A DNA stretch of 64,000 nt from sequence record KM501444, one strand, 5' to 3'. The translations under genes and the position numbers were made by a program. Within the stretch, counting starts at the first letter, position 1, and every line of letters begins with the position of its first letter. Shown here piece after piece: positions 39,304-49,311 of this stretch. Source of the stretch: Shigella phage pSs-1. The notes beneath the pieces were generated by a model that was not told the DNA's origin, made no database searches, and worked only from the letters and a program-made list of their open reading frames with translations.

Positions 39304-40504
39304 ATTTTGTAATAATGTCAAACTGTTCTTTAAAGCAGAAGCTTGAATCTTGATGCTGATACAAAAATTCATAAGCTTTTTCGCGTTCACGGTCATAAAG
39401 AGCTCGGTCAGATGACAGTTCTTTAATACGCTCAAATGTTGATTCCATGTCATTTTCATCAAACCAAACGATACCGCTATCATGAGAAATTAACGGAGTA
39501 TTATCAACACGGAATTTTAAATTTTCGCCAGTAGATTTCCAAAATACTGGAATTGTTCCACATGCACCAAGCTCGAGATGAGTATATTCTAAAGAACGTT
39601 GTAGATATTTTTTGTCCAACTTACTCAACTGATAACCAAATCCGGATTTACTCATGCGTTCAAGCATTTCGCTATTTACATAACGGTCAAGAATTTGCGT
39701 TGGCAAATTAGGAGCAATTTTAATTTGGTCTACTTGATGAAGACGATAATACTCATATGGAATTCCTTTTTCTTTAATAGGAATGAACGCTGGAGAACGT
39801 TCCAGACCTTCCATAATAGTACTTAGTCCTGCAGGTTTAAGATGTTTTTCGTGAAAATCAAACATCTGATAAAAACCTTTCCATGTAGTCGTACGACCAA
39901 TCCAACGGTTGACATTCATGTTAATTTCAGAAACATCTTTCCAATAGGTTGATCGAACTTTCGCAATATCCATAGGAGGCTGAAAGTTGTATACAGTCGG
40001 TGCTTCTTCAATATCATCAAACAGAGAAACTGTTTCTGGATACCATTCTTTCATCAAAACTTTATTAAAATCGCCATTATCAGAATGGCTAAAAATAACA
40101 TCAGCTCGACGAACAGTTTCTTCTAATCCCAAATTTCGGCGCAAAGAAAGAGAAGAATGGTCATGTTGATAAACTACAACACGAACCGAAGGTTTAATGT
40201 TATCAATAATTTTTTTATAGTTATTAATAGTGTCTTCTTCGACTGAAGTAGCAGGAACTGAATTGATAATTAGAATATCACAATCATTTACCAGCTTAAG
40301 TGTTTTATCGTATTCTTTTGCCAATAAAACCGGAATTGAAAATGATTTATAATCATGCGCGCAATTACGAGTAAATGATTTATCTTTAGCATAAACCAAA
40401 GTTACTTCATGACCATTTTTAATAAACCAATCACGCTGCTCAAGAGAAAATTTAGTTACGCCACAACCTTCAAGACCTCGAGCCATAAAAATGCATACTT
40501 TCAT
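39302..40504 (-). CDS. a-gt: alpha-glucosyltransferase (hmC DNA)
   Basis: 400 aa as T4 alpha-gt; synteny between 47 and 55. Confidence 0.85.
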   Translation of the reverse strand: MKVCIFMARGLEGCGVTKFSLEQRDWFIKNGHEVTLVYAKDKSFTRNCAHDYKSFSIPVLLAKEYDKTLKLVNDCDILIINSVPATSVEEDTINNYKKIIDNIKPSVRVVVYQHDHSSLSLRRNLGLEETVRRADVIFSHSDNGDFNKVLMKEWYPETVSLFDDIEEAPTVYNFQPPMDIAKVRSTYWKDVSEINMNVNRWIGRTTTWKGFYQMFDFHEKHLKPAGLSTIMEGLERSPAFIPIKEKGIPYEYYRLHQVDQIKIAPNLPTQILDRYVNSEMLERMSKSGFGYQLSKLDKKYLQRSLEYTHLELGACGTIPVFWKSTGENLKFRVDNTPLISHDSGIVWFDENDMESTFERIKELSSDRALYDREREKAYEFLYQHQDSSFCFKEQFDIITK

Positions 40505-40747
40505 TTAATATCCTCATTGTTTTGGTTTATTTTACCAAAAATTTATAAAGCAATATAGGAGCCGAAGCTCCTATCCGCATAATACACCATACAGAGGCTC
40601 ATTAGAGCTTCTAAATTTTATACGTTTATGTGTTATAGTTCCTTCTGCTTTAGCTTTATCATGAGACTCTTTAAAACGTCTCATCGTTTCTACTTTAGAG
40701 GAACGAATTTTATTATAATCTATTTCACAAGTCTGGGCGTTCATCTT

Positions 40748-40954
40748 TCACAGCTGCCACCATTTTTTGACTTGATAAGAATCAACCCACACTTTCATGT
40801 TAGGGTCTGCTCTTACAATAGGAGGATTAACTTCTTTAATTGAACTATCATGGTATTCTTTTTCAGAAATTTTCACACAAAGATGACCGTTCAAAGATTC
40901 AGTAAATCCTGCATTAATTTTAAGACGCTTGAATTTTACGTGTGTAAGCATCAA
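40748..40954 (-). CDS. hypothetical protein (68 aa)
   Basis: ORF track. Confidence 0.4.
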   Translation of the reverse strand: MMLTHVKFKRLKINAGFTESLNGHLCVKISEKEYHDSSIKEVNPPIVRADPNMKVWVDSYQVKKWWQL

Positions 40955-41237
40955 TCATATCCTCAATCTGCGATCTAGTAGTCTTCCAAAGAATACTAAT
41001 GAGTTCATCGTTATATGGCTGTTTTAGAATATCCCGACTTTTCTTGATAGCATATTCGTATTGAGCAAAATTATTGTTTTCAGCTGCAATCTGAGCGTGC
41101 TTATAAAGACGGTTCAGTTCGCGTTTGTTTTTAGACAATAACTTATTTGCTTTTCTTTCTGCTTCAAGACGGTTCTTTTCTTCAATAGAAGAAATAAGCT
41201 TTTCCACTTCATCATTAATTTCGGGTTTATCAGTCAT
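40920..41237 (-). CDS. hypothetical protein (105 aa)
   Basis: ORF track. Confidence 0.45.
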   Translation of the reverse strand: MTDKPEINDEVEKLISSIEEKNRLEAERKANKLLSKNKRELNRLYKHAQIAAENNNFAQYEYAIKKSRDILKQPYNDELISILWKTTRSQIEDMIDAYTRKIQAS

Positions 41238-41238
41238 A

Positions 41239-41457
41239 TTATTTCTCTAATATAAAATAAAAATCATCATCTGTTAAATGATACCGATAGTTTAATTCTA
41301 CACCATTAGATTTAAAAGCGGTATCATACGGATTTTCTGGATCAATATCAATGTCAAGAGCTAAAACTTCCCTGAGATACATTTTAAGTAAATAGGGAAT
41401 AGCTTCAACTTCAGGTATTTCTTCCAGGAATCCGGAGAGGTTAATCGTTAGCCTCAT
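41239..41457 (-). CDS. hypothetical protein (72 aa)
   Basis: ORF track. Confidence 0.45.
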
Positions 41458-41998
41458 ATAAAAAATCCAAACTAGGAGAATCGTCTACAACACTTTTCTT
41501 TTCAGCCCCCGGTGTTCTATAGGTTGATTCTTCGTAATGCGTCATTTTATCGTAGATGTCTTGAATAAAAGTTTCATCTACTAACGCAACCATATCGTCG
41601 TCACGACTGTCATAGACATTGTGAACGAAGTAACTGTATTTCTTTGCAACTTCCTTACGTTCTTTTTTAATACGTTGGACGAATGCATTAAAACAAGCTT
41701 GAGTTATATATGCATGTGGGTTTTTATATTTCGTTTCATCAAAATTATGAAGCCCCTTAATAGAAGCTTCTATACCATCTGCAATCATTTCTTGTTTCCA
41801 GGATTGGGTGTATCCTGAAAAGTTGAAACGTTTAGATAAGCCTTCTGCAATAAGCATAATGGCTAATCCGATAGTATCATTCTGACGAACTACTTTATTT
41901 GGGTCTTTATTATTTGCTAATTCTGTTTTCCAATCAATAATAGCTTGTAAAAGCTCTTTATTGTTTACGTAATTATATTTAGGCTTAGTTTCTGACAT
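41441..41998 (-). CDS. 55: late sigma factor gp55
   Basis: 185 aa from ATG 41996-41998 ([24 protein letters not shown]) as recalled for T4 gp55. Confidence 0.9.
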
Positions 41999-42076
41999 TT
42001 TCACCTCTTAGCTCAATTCATAGATCTATTATATCATAATATTTGAAGATCTATCTTAAAGCATAGAGGATATCAG

Positions 42077-42346
42077 TTATCTAAGTAAGCAGTATGCTTG
42101 GAACACTTTCTCCATCATCTTTTTAAATTCATGAATATCTATGTAATGACTAGTTAAATCAGCGTGATATAAAAAGTCTAAAAACTTTTCATGTGTGCTA
42201 GCATATTCACTTTCATTTAATTCAGAAACATGGCTTTCCCAATATCCAACCCCAGTCTTATTTGGGAAAAATGAAATTTTCATGTATTGATCAACATAGA
42301 AAATTCCATAATTTTCAATAGTAATAGAAATATTAATTAATTTCAT
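42077..42346 (-). CDS. hypothetical protein (89 aa)
   Basis: ORF track. Confidence 0.45.
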   Translation of the reverse strand: MKLINISITIENYGIFYVDQYMKISFFPNKTGVGYWESHVSELNESEYASTHEKFLDFLYHADLTSHYIDIHEFKKMMEKVFQAYCLLR

Positions 42347-42558
42347 ACATTCATCAACTTAGCCGCTTCAAGAGCTGCATCTAGTGAATCAAACTGGTCA
42401 ACATATTCAATCAATTCGCCGTAATTAGCGTATAACCACCATTGGCTAAATTCATACTCAAGGATGAATCCATTTCCTTCAATTTGAGTTAAACCAATGC
42501 CGTTTGTATTTACTTCATATCCAGCAAGACGCAAATCGTTAATAAGAACTTCGTTCAT
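42343..42558 (-). CDS. hypothetical protein (71 aa)
   Basis: ORF track. Confidence 0.45.
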   Translation of the reverse strand: MNEVLINDLRLAGYEVNTNGIGLTQIEGNGFILEYEFSQWWLYANYGELIEYVDQFDSLDAALEAAKLMNV

Positions 42559-42560
42559 AA

Positions 42561-42887
42561 TTATGCCTTAGTAATTTTCAGGTCAGCAAATTTTTTCTTG
42601 CGTTGATTTTTCATACGACGAATAGTTTTATCGGAAATTTCATGCTTTTGATAAGCTTTAGATTCTACACCAAAAGCTTTAACATCAAATTCTGACAAGA
42701 TATATTGAACCAACAATTCACGGACAGTATTGCGTCCAATCTTCTGATCATTCTGTTTCATCATCTGATGAAGCTCTTTTTCCCATTTATCCAAAACTTG
42801 AGGAGTTACAATATCGCCTTTTTCTAGCAAAGAAACTACTTTATCATATGCGTAAGAATTAATGGCGTTTTTAATTTGAATAGTCAT
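42561..42887 (-). CDS. hypothetical protein (108 aa)
   Basis: ORF track. Confidence 0.45.
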   Translation of the reverse strand: MTIQIKNAINSYAYDKVVSLLEKGDIVTPQVLDKWEKELHQMMKQNDQKIGRNTVRELLVQYILSEFDVKAFGVESKAYQKHEISDKTIRRMKNQRKKKFADLKITKA

Positions 42888-42939
42888 ACATTATCCTCAA
42901 TTACATTAAAATTTTATTATCCAAAAAGGGCCGAAGCCC

Positions 42940-43140
42940 TTAGCTAAACTTTTTGGCACCCTTCCAGCCTTCGTACATCATTGCGGCTGATATTAATATT
43001 GCTCCTGAGCAACTTGAATATTTGTGATTCCAAAACCAGTTTAGAAAAACTTCGTCATCAATACCTTGGGCTATCATATTTTCAAAGAACTGGCGACGAG
43101 ATTCAGCAATTCGTTGCGATAATTTAGATTCAGGATTCAT
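42940..43140 (-). CDS. hypothetical protein (66 aa)
   Basis: ORF track. Confidence 0.4.
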   Translation of the reverse strand: MNPESKLSQRIAESRRQFFENMIAQGIDDEVFLNWFWNHKYSSCSGAILISAAMMYEGWKGAKKFS

Positions 43141-43272
43141 TTAAATTTTCCAGTTACCATTTTCATCAATAAATTTAATCCAATCATTTACTGACCACTT
43201 GGTCGTATCGCCTTTTGGAGCAACATTTAAAGTGTATAATCCTTGTTTAAAAAGCATGCGTTTGATATTCAT
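43141..43272 (-). CDS. hypothetical small protein (43 aa)
   Basis: ATG 43270-43272 with GAGGAAAA SD; track start 43356 overlaps upstream gene. Confidence 0.35.
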   Translation of the reverse strand: MNIKRMLFKQGLYTLNVAPKGDTTKWSVNDWIKFIDENGNWKI

Positions 43273-43279
43273 ATTTTCC

Positions 43280-43573
43280 TCAGCTGTAACGATAGCACTC
43301 GTTTGATTTACGCTTAGCAACTCGTTGAGAAGTATTGTAATCAAAATCATCGTCAATGTAAACTGATTTTTTCAACTTTCTTACTTCACCACGTAATTGG
43401 CGATTTAACTCATCTTTAACTTCTGAATCAATGCCTTTCATTCTACGCCATTTATCTGAGCGAAAAATGTTTTCAACCATATCTTTATGACTTACACCAT
43501 CAGGAGCTTTACGCTTTCCGAAATAATCATAATCACGAACTTTCAAGTCTTTACGACGATACGTTTTACCCAT
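43280..43573 (-). CDS. hypothetical basic protein (97 aa)
   Basis: ATG 43571-43573 with AAGGAAA SD. Confidence 0.45.
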   Translation of the reverse strand: MGKTYRRKDLKVRDYDYFGKRKAPDGVSHKDMVENIFRSDKWRRMKGIDSEVKDELNRQLRGEVRKLKKSVYIDDDFDYNTSQRVAKRKSNECYRYS

Positions 43574-43748
43574 GGAGTTTAATTTCCTTAGCAACTGAAC
43601 TAAATACAGCACGGTCACAAATCATCTGTTTATGTAACTTGAGTATAAGATAATAAACTTCAAAACCATTTACATAAGTAACACGAACAACATTACCATT
43701 AATAAAATAATATTGTCCCTTTTTAATTTCTTTATCAACCACAACCAT
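43566..43748 (-). CDS. hypothetical protein (60 aa)
   Basis: ORF track; early promoter upstream. Confidence 0.45.
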   Translation of the reverse strand: MVVVDKEIKKGQYYFINGNVVRVTYVNGFEVYYLILKLHKQMICDRAVFSSVAKEIKLHG

Positions 43749-43776
43749 ATCAAATCCTCAAAGGCAATTCATATGT

Positions 43777-43808
43777 TAATAATACCACAGTTTGAACTTC
43801 TTGTAAAC
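43777..43808 (-). promoter_or_regulatory. T4-type early promoter
   Basis: taataataccac...gtaaac with UP element. Confidence 0.6.
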
Positions 43809-43905
43809 AACTTTGTGAAAATTATTTTAGGGAATGATAAGAAGGGAACGATAGTTAGAATGGTAATATACAGAATGTGAGAAAGAAAGGCCCAGAGGGC
43901 CCATC

Positions 43906-44214
43906 TTAGTCTTCTATGATATCTCTATCATATCCAAGTGAAATGAGAGTTTCTTTGAAGTGTTTAATGTTCTTTTGTCTAGAATCATTAATGAAAATGA
44001 CTGGATACCGAATGTTAAGAGATGTAAATCCAGCGCGTTTAGCAAGAGATACAATCAGTGGACGATCATACTCAATCTTACCATTATTTGTAAGAACTTT
44101 ATAGAAAGTAAAAGGTGCATTGAGCTCCTTTAGAAGTTTTGTAACTGATTGACATCCAGGACAACGACCTACTTCATCTGGAATTCCATAGACTTCAATC
44201 TTGTTTTGTTTCAC
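43906..44214 (-). CDS. glutaredoxin/thioredoxin-like redoxin (NrdH-like, 102 aa)
   Basis: CPGC redox motif near N-terminus; position upstream of nrdG/nrdD. Confidence 0.6.
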   Translation of the reverse strand: MKQNKIEVYGIPDEVGRCPGCQSVTKLLKELNAPFTFYKVLTNNGKIEYDRPLIVSLAKRAGFTSLNIRYPVIFINDSRQKNIKHFKETLISLGYDRDIIED

Positions 44215-44216
44215 AA

Positions 44217-44429
44217 CTATTCCTTACTAAGAGCAGCATTCAGCTTATTAGTAATTTTATCCAGACGCTCATTGAACTCGCTAGAAGACAGTCCTTTTTC
44301 TGGAGAAATCAAACTAATCACGAAAAATATAGCAATAAAAGGAATAAGAAAAATAGCTCCAACTGCCATAAACAAAAAGAATGTTACAGTTGTAAGAAAA
44401 TCAGCTAAACCTTTACGAAATTTATACAT
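44217..44429 (-). CDS. small membrane protein (70 aa)
   Basis: ORF track; single TM. Confidence 0.45.
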   Translation of the reverse strand: MYKFRKGLADFLTTVTFFLFMAVGAIFLIPFIAIFFVISLISPEKGLSSSEFNERLDKITNKLNAALSKE

Positions 44430-44544
44430 ATTTTACCCTTAATTGATTAACCAAGCATTGATAAGCACTAAACTATATTGCGAATAAAATTCTGGACCAA
44501 AATGAAAAACCATATCATTTATAGTGTCCATAATATAATTCAAT

Positions 44545-45015
44545 TTAATCATGTTTCCACACCCCATCGGTATTTGACCAAAGTCGCTGATTATCTGATC
44601 CTCGCCACAACTTTTTGGTCGGAAGATTTTTCTCATACTTCCCATCAATAATAACATCAACATATTTAAGCATTTCTAGTTGTTTAATATCTTCAAACTT
44701 ATATCCTGTCCACAACCAAATGCTTTTATTGGGATAAAGATTTTTTACTGTTTGAACAATGCAATGAACAACATCTCGGTTATCAGGATAGAGAGGGTCT
44801 CCTCCAGTTATAGTTAATCCTTCTATATAATCATTATTCAAACATTCAATTAATTGTTCCAGTGTTTCACCAGTGAATGGAATGCCATTTCTAGCATTCC
44901 ATGTTGATTTATTATAACACCCTTCGCATTTATGCAAACAACCTGTAACGAAAAGAACGACCCTGCATCCAGGGCCATTCACAAAATCACAAGGATAAAA
45001 TCTATCATAATTCAT
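44545..45015 (-). CDS. nrdG: anaerobic ribonucleotide reductase activating protein NrdG (radical SAM)
   Basis: 156 aa; CLHKCEGC cluster motif. Confidence 0.88.
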   Translation of the reverse strand: MNYDRFYPCDFVNGPGCRVVLFVTGCLHKCEGCYNKSTWNARNGIPFTGETLEQLIECLNNDYIEGLTITGGDPLYPDNRDVVHCIVQTVKNLYPNKSIWLWTGYKFEDIKQLEMLKYVDVIIDGKYEKNLPTKKLWRGSDNQRLWSNTDGVWKHD

Positions 45016-46829
45016 TGGTGTTTAACCCTATGCATGATTTCTTTATTTTTTCCAAGATTAAATCCGCGTTCGTTCGGATTTCCCAAATAACCACAAGTTC
45101 TTCTTATTGTGTTCATCTTTTTAGGATCAGTTTCTCCACAAATAGAACAAACAAATCCGTTTTCAGTAGGAGTCATTTCATGAGTACTTCCACACGTAAA
45201 ACATTTATCTACTGGCATATTAACACCAAAATAATCTAAATGTTGTGCAGCATAATCCCATACAGCCTCAAGACCTTTTAGGTTATTTTTCATATCAGGA
45301 AGTTCAACATAAGAAATGTGACCACCTGTCGCAATGAAATGATATGGGGCTTCGCGAGAAATCTTTTCAAACGGAGTAATATTTTCTTCTACTGAAACGT
45401 GGAAACTGTTAGTGTACCAGCCTTTATCAGTAACATCCTTTACACTTCCATATTTTTCAGTATCAAGTTTACAGAAGCGATAGCAAAGGTTTTCAGCAGG
45501 AGTAGAATACAAGCTAAAAGCAAAACCAGTTCTTTCAGTCCACTGCTTAAGACGAGCATTCATTTTAGTCAAAATTTCCTGTCCAATATCACGACCGACA
45601 AGAATATTCAATTCGTGAATACCAATGTATCCTAGGGACACTGAACTTCTACCGTTTTTAAATAACTCAATTATGTCGTCATCAGGTTTAAGACGAACCC
45701 CAAATGCACCTTCTTGGTAAAGAATAGGAGCAACAGTCGCTTTAACTCCTTTTAAGGAACTAATTCTACACATCAAAGCTTCAAAACACAAATCCATTCG
45801 TTCATTGAACAATTCAGCAAATTTCTGTTCATTGAACTGTGTTCCAATATAAGAATCTAACGCAATACGAGGAAGATTCAGTGTTACAACGCCAAGATTA
45901 TTACGTCCATCAAGAATTTCATTACCAGTCGAATCTTTCCATACGCTCAAGAAACTACGGCAACCCATTGGAGAAACAGGAATAGATGAGCCGGTGATAG
46001 CTTTATTGTTCTTAGCCGAAATGATGTCAGGATACATTCTTTTGCTTGCACACTCTAGAGCAAGCTGCTTAATATCATAGTTCGGATCATCTTTATAAAG
46101 ATTAACACCCTCTTCAACGAACATAACAAGTTTAGGGAAAATAGGAGTTATCCCATCGCGACCAAGACCCTTAATACGATTTTTCAGAATTGCTTTCTGA
46201 ATCATTCGTTCAGTCCAGTCAGTTCCCGTACCAAATGTAATTGTTACAAAAGGCGTTTGTCCGTTTGAACTAAAAAGAGTATTTACTTCATATTCATAAG
46301 CTTGGAATGCATCGTATACGTCTTTTTCTGTTTTAGATTGAGCATAATTCAACGCATCAGCGATTTGCCATTTTTCTGCGTCCTCAATATGTTTTGCATA
46401 GGTGCGTTTAACATAAGGAGAAAGTACTTTATCTACATTCGCAAAAGTTGTTCCGCCATATTGATGGGAAGCAACCTGCGCAGTAATTTGTGCCATAATT
46501 GCAGTAGCAACGCCGATTGATTTAGGAGTTTCAATCTGTGCATTGCCGAGCTTAAATCCGTTTTCAAGCATTCCTTTTAAATCTACTAAACAGCAATTAG
46601 TAAATGGAAGAGCAGGGGAATAATCAATATCATGGAAATGGATAATTCCGCTTTCATGCGCTTTCATAATAAAAGACGGGACCATATTTTTGGCAATGTG
46701 TTTAGACACAATACCAGCCATAAGGTCCCGTTGAGTTGGAAAAACACGAGAATCTTTATTAGCATTCTCGTTCAAAAGGTCTTTATTAGTTTTATGAATC
46801 AATCCTTCAATTTCTTTTTCAATTGTCAT
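45012..46829 (-). CDS. nrdD: anaerobic ribonucleoside-triphosphate reductase NrdD (uninterrupted)
   Basis: 605 aa single ORF; glycyl-radical motif RTCGYLG near C-terminus; zinc ribbon CFTCGS...CSICG. Confidence 0.9.
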   Translation of the reverse strand: MTIEKEIEGLIHKTNKDLLNENANKDSRVFPTQRDLMAGIVSKHIAKNMVPSFIMKAHESGIIHFHDIDYSPALPFTNCCLVDLKGMLENGFKLGNAQIETPKSIGVATAIMAQITAQVASHQYGGTTFANVDKVLSPYVKRTYAKHIEDAEKWQIADALNYAQSKTEKDVYDAFQAYEYEVNTLFSSNGQTPFVTITFGTGTDWTERMIQKAILKNRIKGLGRDGITPIFPKLVMFVEEGVNLYKDDPNYDIKQLALECASKRMYPDIISAKNNKAITGSSIPVSPMGCRSFLSVWKDSTGNEILDGRNNLGVVTLNLPRIALDSYIGTQFNEQKFAELFNERMDLCFEALMCRISSLKGVKATVAPILYQEGAFGVRLKPDDDIIELFKNGRSSVSLGYIGIHELNILVGRDIGQEILTKMNARLKQWTERTGFAFSLYSTPAENLCYRFCKLDTEKYGSVKDVTDKGWYTNSFHVSVEENITPFEKISREAPYHFIATGGHISYVELPDMKNNLKGLEAVWDYAAQHLDYFGVNMPVDKCFTCGSTHEMTPTENGFVCSICGETDPKKMNTIRRTCGYLGNPNERGFNLGKNKEIMHRVKHQ

Positions 46830-47299
46830 TTTAAACTCTTTCTAAGCTGCTTCTTAAATGAAGCTATTAATTGTGTTTTAGTGTCAGATTCATTATATTC
46901 AAATCCTCTTTGAAGCATCTCAGCCATCATTTCCTCTTTTCCTAAACGAGAAAATTCCTTTGATTTATCTCCAACAAAGTTAGGGTGAATATTATTTTGG
47001 GTGTAATCGGATTTTAAATAAGTAAGTAAATTTTCTAACCATTCAAGATAATCAACGCCTTGTCCCTTTAAGCCAGAACGATTAAATTTATGTTTCATTT
47101 GACCTTCCGCTGCATTGCAAAGATTACAGAGCAATCCACGTACCTTTCCTGCTTTTGGTCCATTTAATTCATGGTCATGGTCAAGGTGATTAGCTTGAAC
47201 ATCAGGATTTAGTTCTCGTTGGCAAATTAAGCATTTACCGTTTTGTGCATTATAAAATTTTTGTTTTTCTTCTTTGTATAATTTGCCAGTCAATAACAT
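46826..47299 (-). CDS. 49: endonuclease VII gp49 (Holliday junction resolvase)
   Basis: 157 aa as T4 endo VII; zinc site CLICQ...CNLCN. Confidence 0.88.
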   Translation of the reverse strand: MLLTGKLYKEEKQKFYNAQNGKCLICQRELNPDVQANHLDHDHELNGPKAGKVRGLLCNLCNAAEGQMKHKFNRSGLKGQGVDYLEWLENLLTYLKSDYTQNNIHPNFVGDKSKEFSRLGKEEMMAEMLQRGFEYNESDTKTQLIASFKKQLRKSLK

Positions 47300-47330
47300 A
47301 ATAAAACCCTTACCTTGAATAGATAAGGGT
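47300..47330 (-). promoter_or_regulatory. RBS-sequestering hairpin upstream of gene 49
   Basis: mRNA ACCCUUA-UCUAUUCAAGG-UAAGGGU, 7-bp stem with AAGG in loop/3' arm, 9 nt before AUG. Confidence 0.5.
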
Positions 47331-47341
47331 ATTTATTATTT

Positions 47342-47518
47342 TCAAGTATTGTAAAACATTCGATGCAATCGCTTATATTGCCGAATCATCTTTTTAGTAG
47401 GACGAGAATAAGTTCCTACACAAGTGGTCATATTAGAGTCGGTAGGACTTCCTTTAATAAAAAGTTTCCAAACCTTACCACCATTTAACTTTTCAGTATA
47501 AATTAATTCGGTTTTCAT
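47342..47518 (-). CDS. hypothetical small basic protein (58 aa)
   Basis: hand-translated ORF; ATG overlaps upstream gene stop. Confidence 0.35.
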   Translation of the reverse strand: MKTELIYTEKLNGGKVWKLFIKGSPTDSNMTTCVGTYSRPTKKMIRQYKRLHRMFYNT

Positions 47519-47982
47519 TAAAACGCTCGGTCAGAAAAAGAATTTTGAGTTTCAAGCCATTCAATATATTCTGCCGCAGCTTGCATTAAATTTCCTTCAT
47601 AACCATCGTTATTTTCTTGTGCAGCTAATTTAGCTAATGCGTATGAAATACGTTCACCTTGAAAAGCGGCTTCAGGTTTCCGAATAACTTGACTAGTTCG
47701 TTCTACAACTTCTTCAATTTCGCCATTTTCTGCGGATTCAGTATTCCACAAGCACCAATACGTAATTGGCTTATCATAGATGTTAATAATCTTTCCATCA
47801 GAAAGTTCAATTTCAATAATTCCAGTATCAGGTTCTATGTCATCTTCACATTCTTTTGCAAGTTCACGAACTTTAAAGACAGTACCTGCACTAAGTTCCG
47901 GCCAGTAATTACACAGCCCTTTATCAGCACGATTAATTCTAAACCACTTATCTACTGCAATCATGTCCCATCTCCATATCAA
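47518..47982 (-). CDS. hypothetical protein (154 aa), pin region
   Basis: ORF track. Confidence 0.45.
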   Translation of the reverse strand: MIWRWDMIAVDKWFRINRADKGLCNYWPELSAGTVFKVRELAKECEDDIEPDTGIIEIELSDGKIINIYDKPITYWCLWNTESAENGEIEEVVERTSQVIRKPEAAFQGERISYALAKLAAQENNDGYEGNLMQAAAEYIEWLETQNSFSDRAF

Positions 47983-48087
47983 TTAAGTCGTTTATCGTCG
48001 GTTCATTATATACTGTTTCTTCATCAGTGTAAACCGGTTCTTCCGGCTCTGGCTCTACAGTTTCCCATCTAGCCGTCCACCAAGGTT

Positions 48088-48408
48088 TTATAGCGTAATC
48101 CATTCTCGTACTGTCTGAGTTACTACACGTTCACGGGGCTCGACTAGTTCAACAGTCGGAACTGCATAATACCAGTCAGAATGGTAAGAACCTGAGCGAG
48201 ATTCATTTACGGAAACATGTACATTGTGTTTTGGACTAAAATAAACACACTGACGATATTGGCATTTACCATCTTGCACCCAGTCTTCTATTTCAACAGG
48301 TTTAAGATAATCCGAAAAATCGAAATCATAATTTTCTGAAAATGCATCATGGTCTTCGATGATTTCACTCAGAACTGCATCAACATCTAATTTATTTTCA
48401 GTATTCAT
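48088..48408 (-). CDS. hypothetical protein (106 aa)
   Basis: ORF track. Confidence 0.45.
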   Translation of the reverse strand: MNTENKLDVDAVLSEIIEDHDAFSENYDFDFSDYLKPVEIEDWVQDGKCQYRQCVYFSPKHNVHVSVNESRSGSYHSDWYYAVPTVELVEPRERVVTQTVREWITL

Positions 48409-48418
48409 TTGTCACCAC

Positions 48419-48613
48419 TTAATTTCGCAATTTATTAAGTTCTTCATAATCAATCCAGGATTCTAATCCTGATGGCAAATCAGATTCAATTTCCCAAAGA
48501 AGTTCTTCAATTTTCTGAAGACGATCTAATTCTTCAGCTGGAATAGTAACCATTGACGGAGTTCTTGATGCACTAATATCGTAAATCATATTTACCCCAG
48601 TTTGACCATACAA
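48419..48613 (-). CDS. hypothetical protein (64 aa)
   Basis: ORF track. Confidence 0.4.
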   Translation of the reverse strand: MYGQTGVNMIYDISASRTPSMVTIPAEELDRLQKIEELLWEIESDLPSGLESWIDYEELNKLRN

Positions 48614-48807
48614 TCACCATATTTCCATTTAGAAATAGACTTTTCGCCGTTAGAATAATAAACTTCAAGTTTAGCACGATTATTTTTAATTTGAATAACC
48701 TTGGCTGTCATCAAAGTTCCATACCCATAATAAACTGCAACCTCATCACCTACATATACCGCGCTTCCGCGGTAGTCATGGATATAATCAGTTCCTTCGA
48801 GCATCAT
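48592..48807 (-). CDS. hypothetical protein (71 aa)
   Basis: ORF track. Confidence 0.4.
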   Translation of the reverse strand: MMLEGTDYIHDYRGSAVYVGDEVAVYYGYGTLMTAKVIQIKNNRAKLEVYYSNGEKSISKWKYGDCMVKLG

Positions 48808-49067
48808 TTAAAGTATTCCCGCAATTGATCAAATCCACCAATATGACTTCCATCAGGAGCAAATACTTGTGGCATCGTCAATCCGATTTGAGTATCACGA
48901 CCTAGTTTCGTCAGAAGCTCAGCGATTTTCTCATCATCAAAAACACCTTTTTCCGGCATAATATTGATAAATTCAAACGGTTGTTTCTTAACAGTCAAAA
49001 GACGTTTTGCATTATCGCAATACACACATTTGTGGATGTTGCTATCATAACCATATACTTTAAACAT
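48804..49067 (-). CDS. nrdC: thioredoxin/glutaredoxin NrdC
   Basis: 87 aa; active site CVYC; MFKVYGYDSNIHKCVYCDNAKRLL as recalled for T4 NrdC. Confidence 0.85.
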   Translation of the reverse strand: MFKVYGYDSNIHKCVYCDNAKRLLTVKKQPFEFINIMPEKGVFDDEKIAELLTKLGRDTQIGLTMPQVFAPDGSHIGGFDQLREYFK

Positions 49068-49068
49068 A

Positions 49069-49311
49069 TTATTCCTTAATTCCTAGTACTTGTTTAAAAG
49101 TCTCGTCGTAATCAAGACTTTGGCCCGTTTGTTCTTTATGTTTGTATATAATATCACTTACTTCTGATAGCATATTTTTATATGAACGAGTTAAAGCAGA
49201 TTTAAGCACGCTGTATCTATCAGGAAATTTACCATGTTCATTATAATACGCTATTGCTAATTCACGGACTGCCTTTTCAGCAGTCTCCATATATTCTTTA
49301 CGCTTTGTCAT
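49069..49311 (-). CDS. hypothetical protein (80 aa)
   Basis: ORF track. Confidence 0.45.

Noticed and set aside
39262-39483. 73-aa ORF from the track
   Set aside because: Lies entirely within the 3' end of alpha-gt in another frame and overlaps the terminal hairpin. Likely spurious.
45012-46829. Group I intron in nrdD
   Set aside because: The ORF is uninterrupted and of full expected length. No intron-sized insertion or embedded endonuclease ORF.
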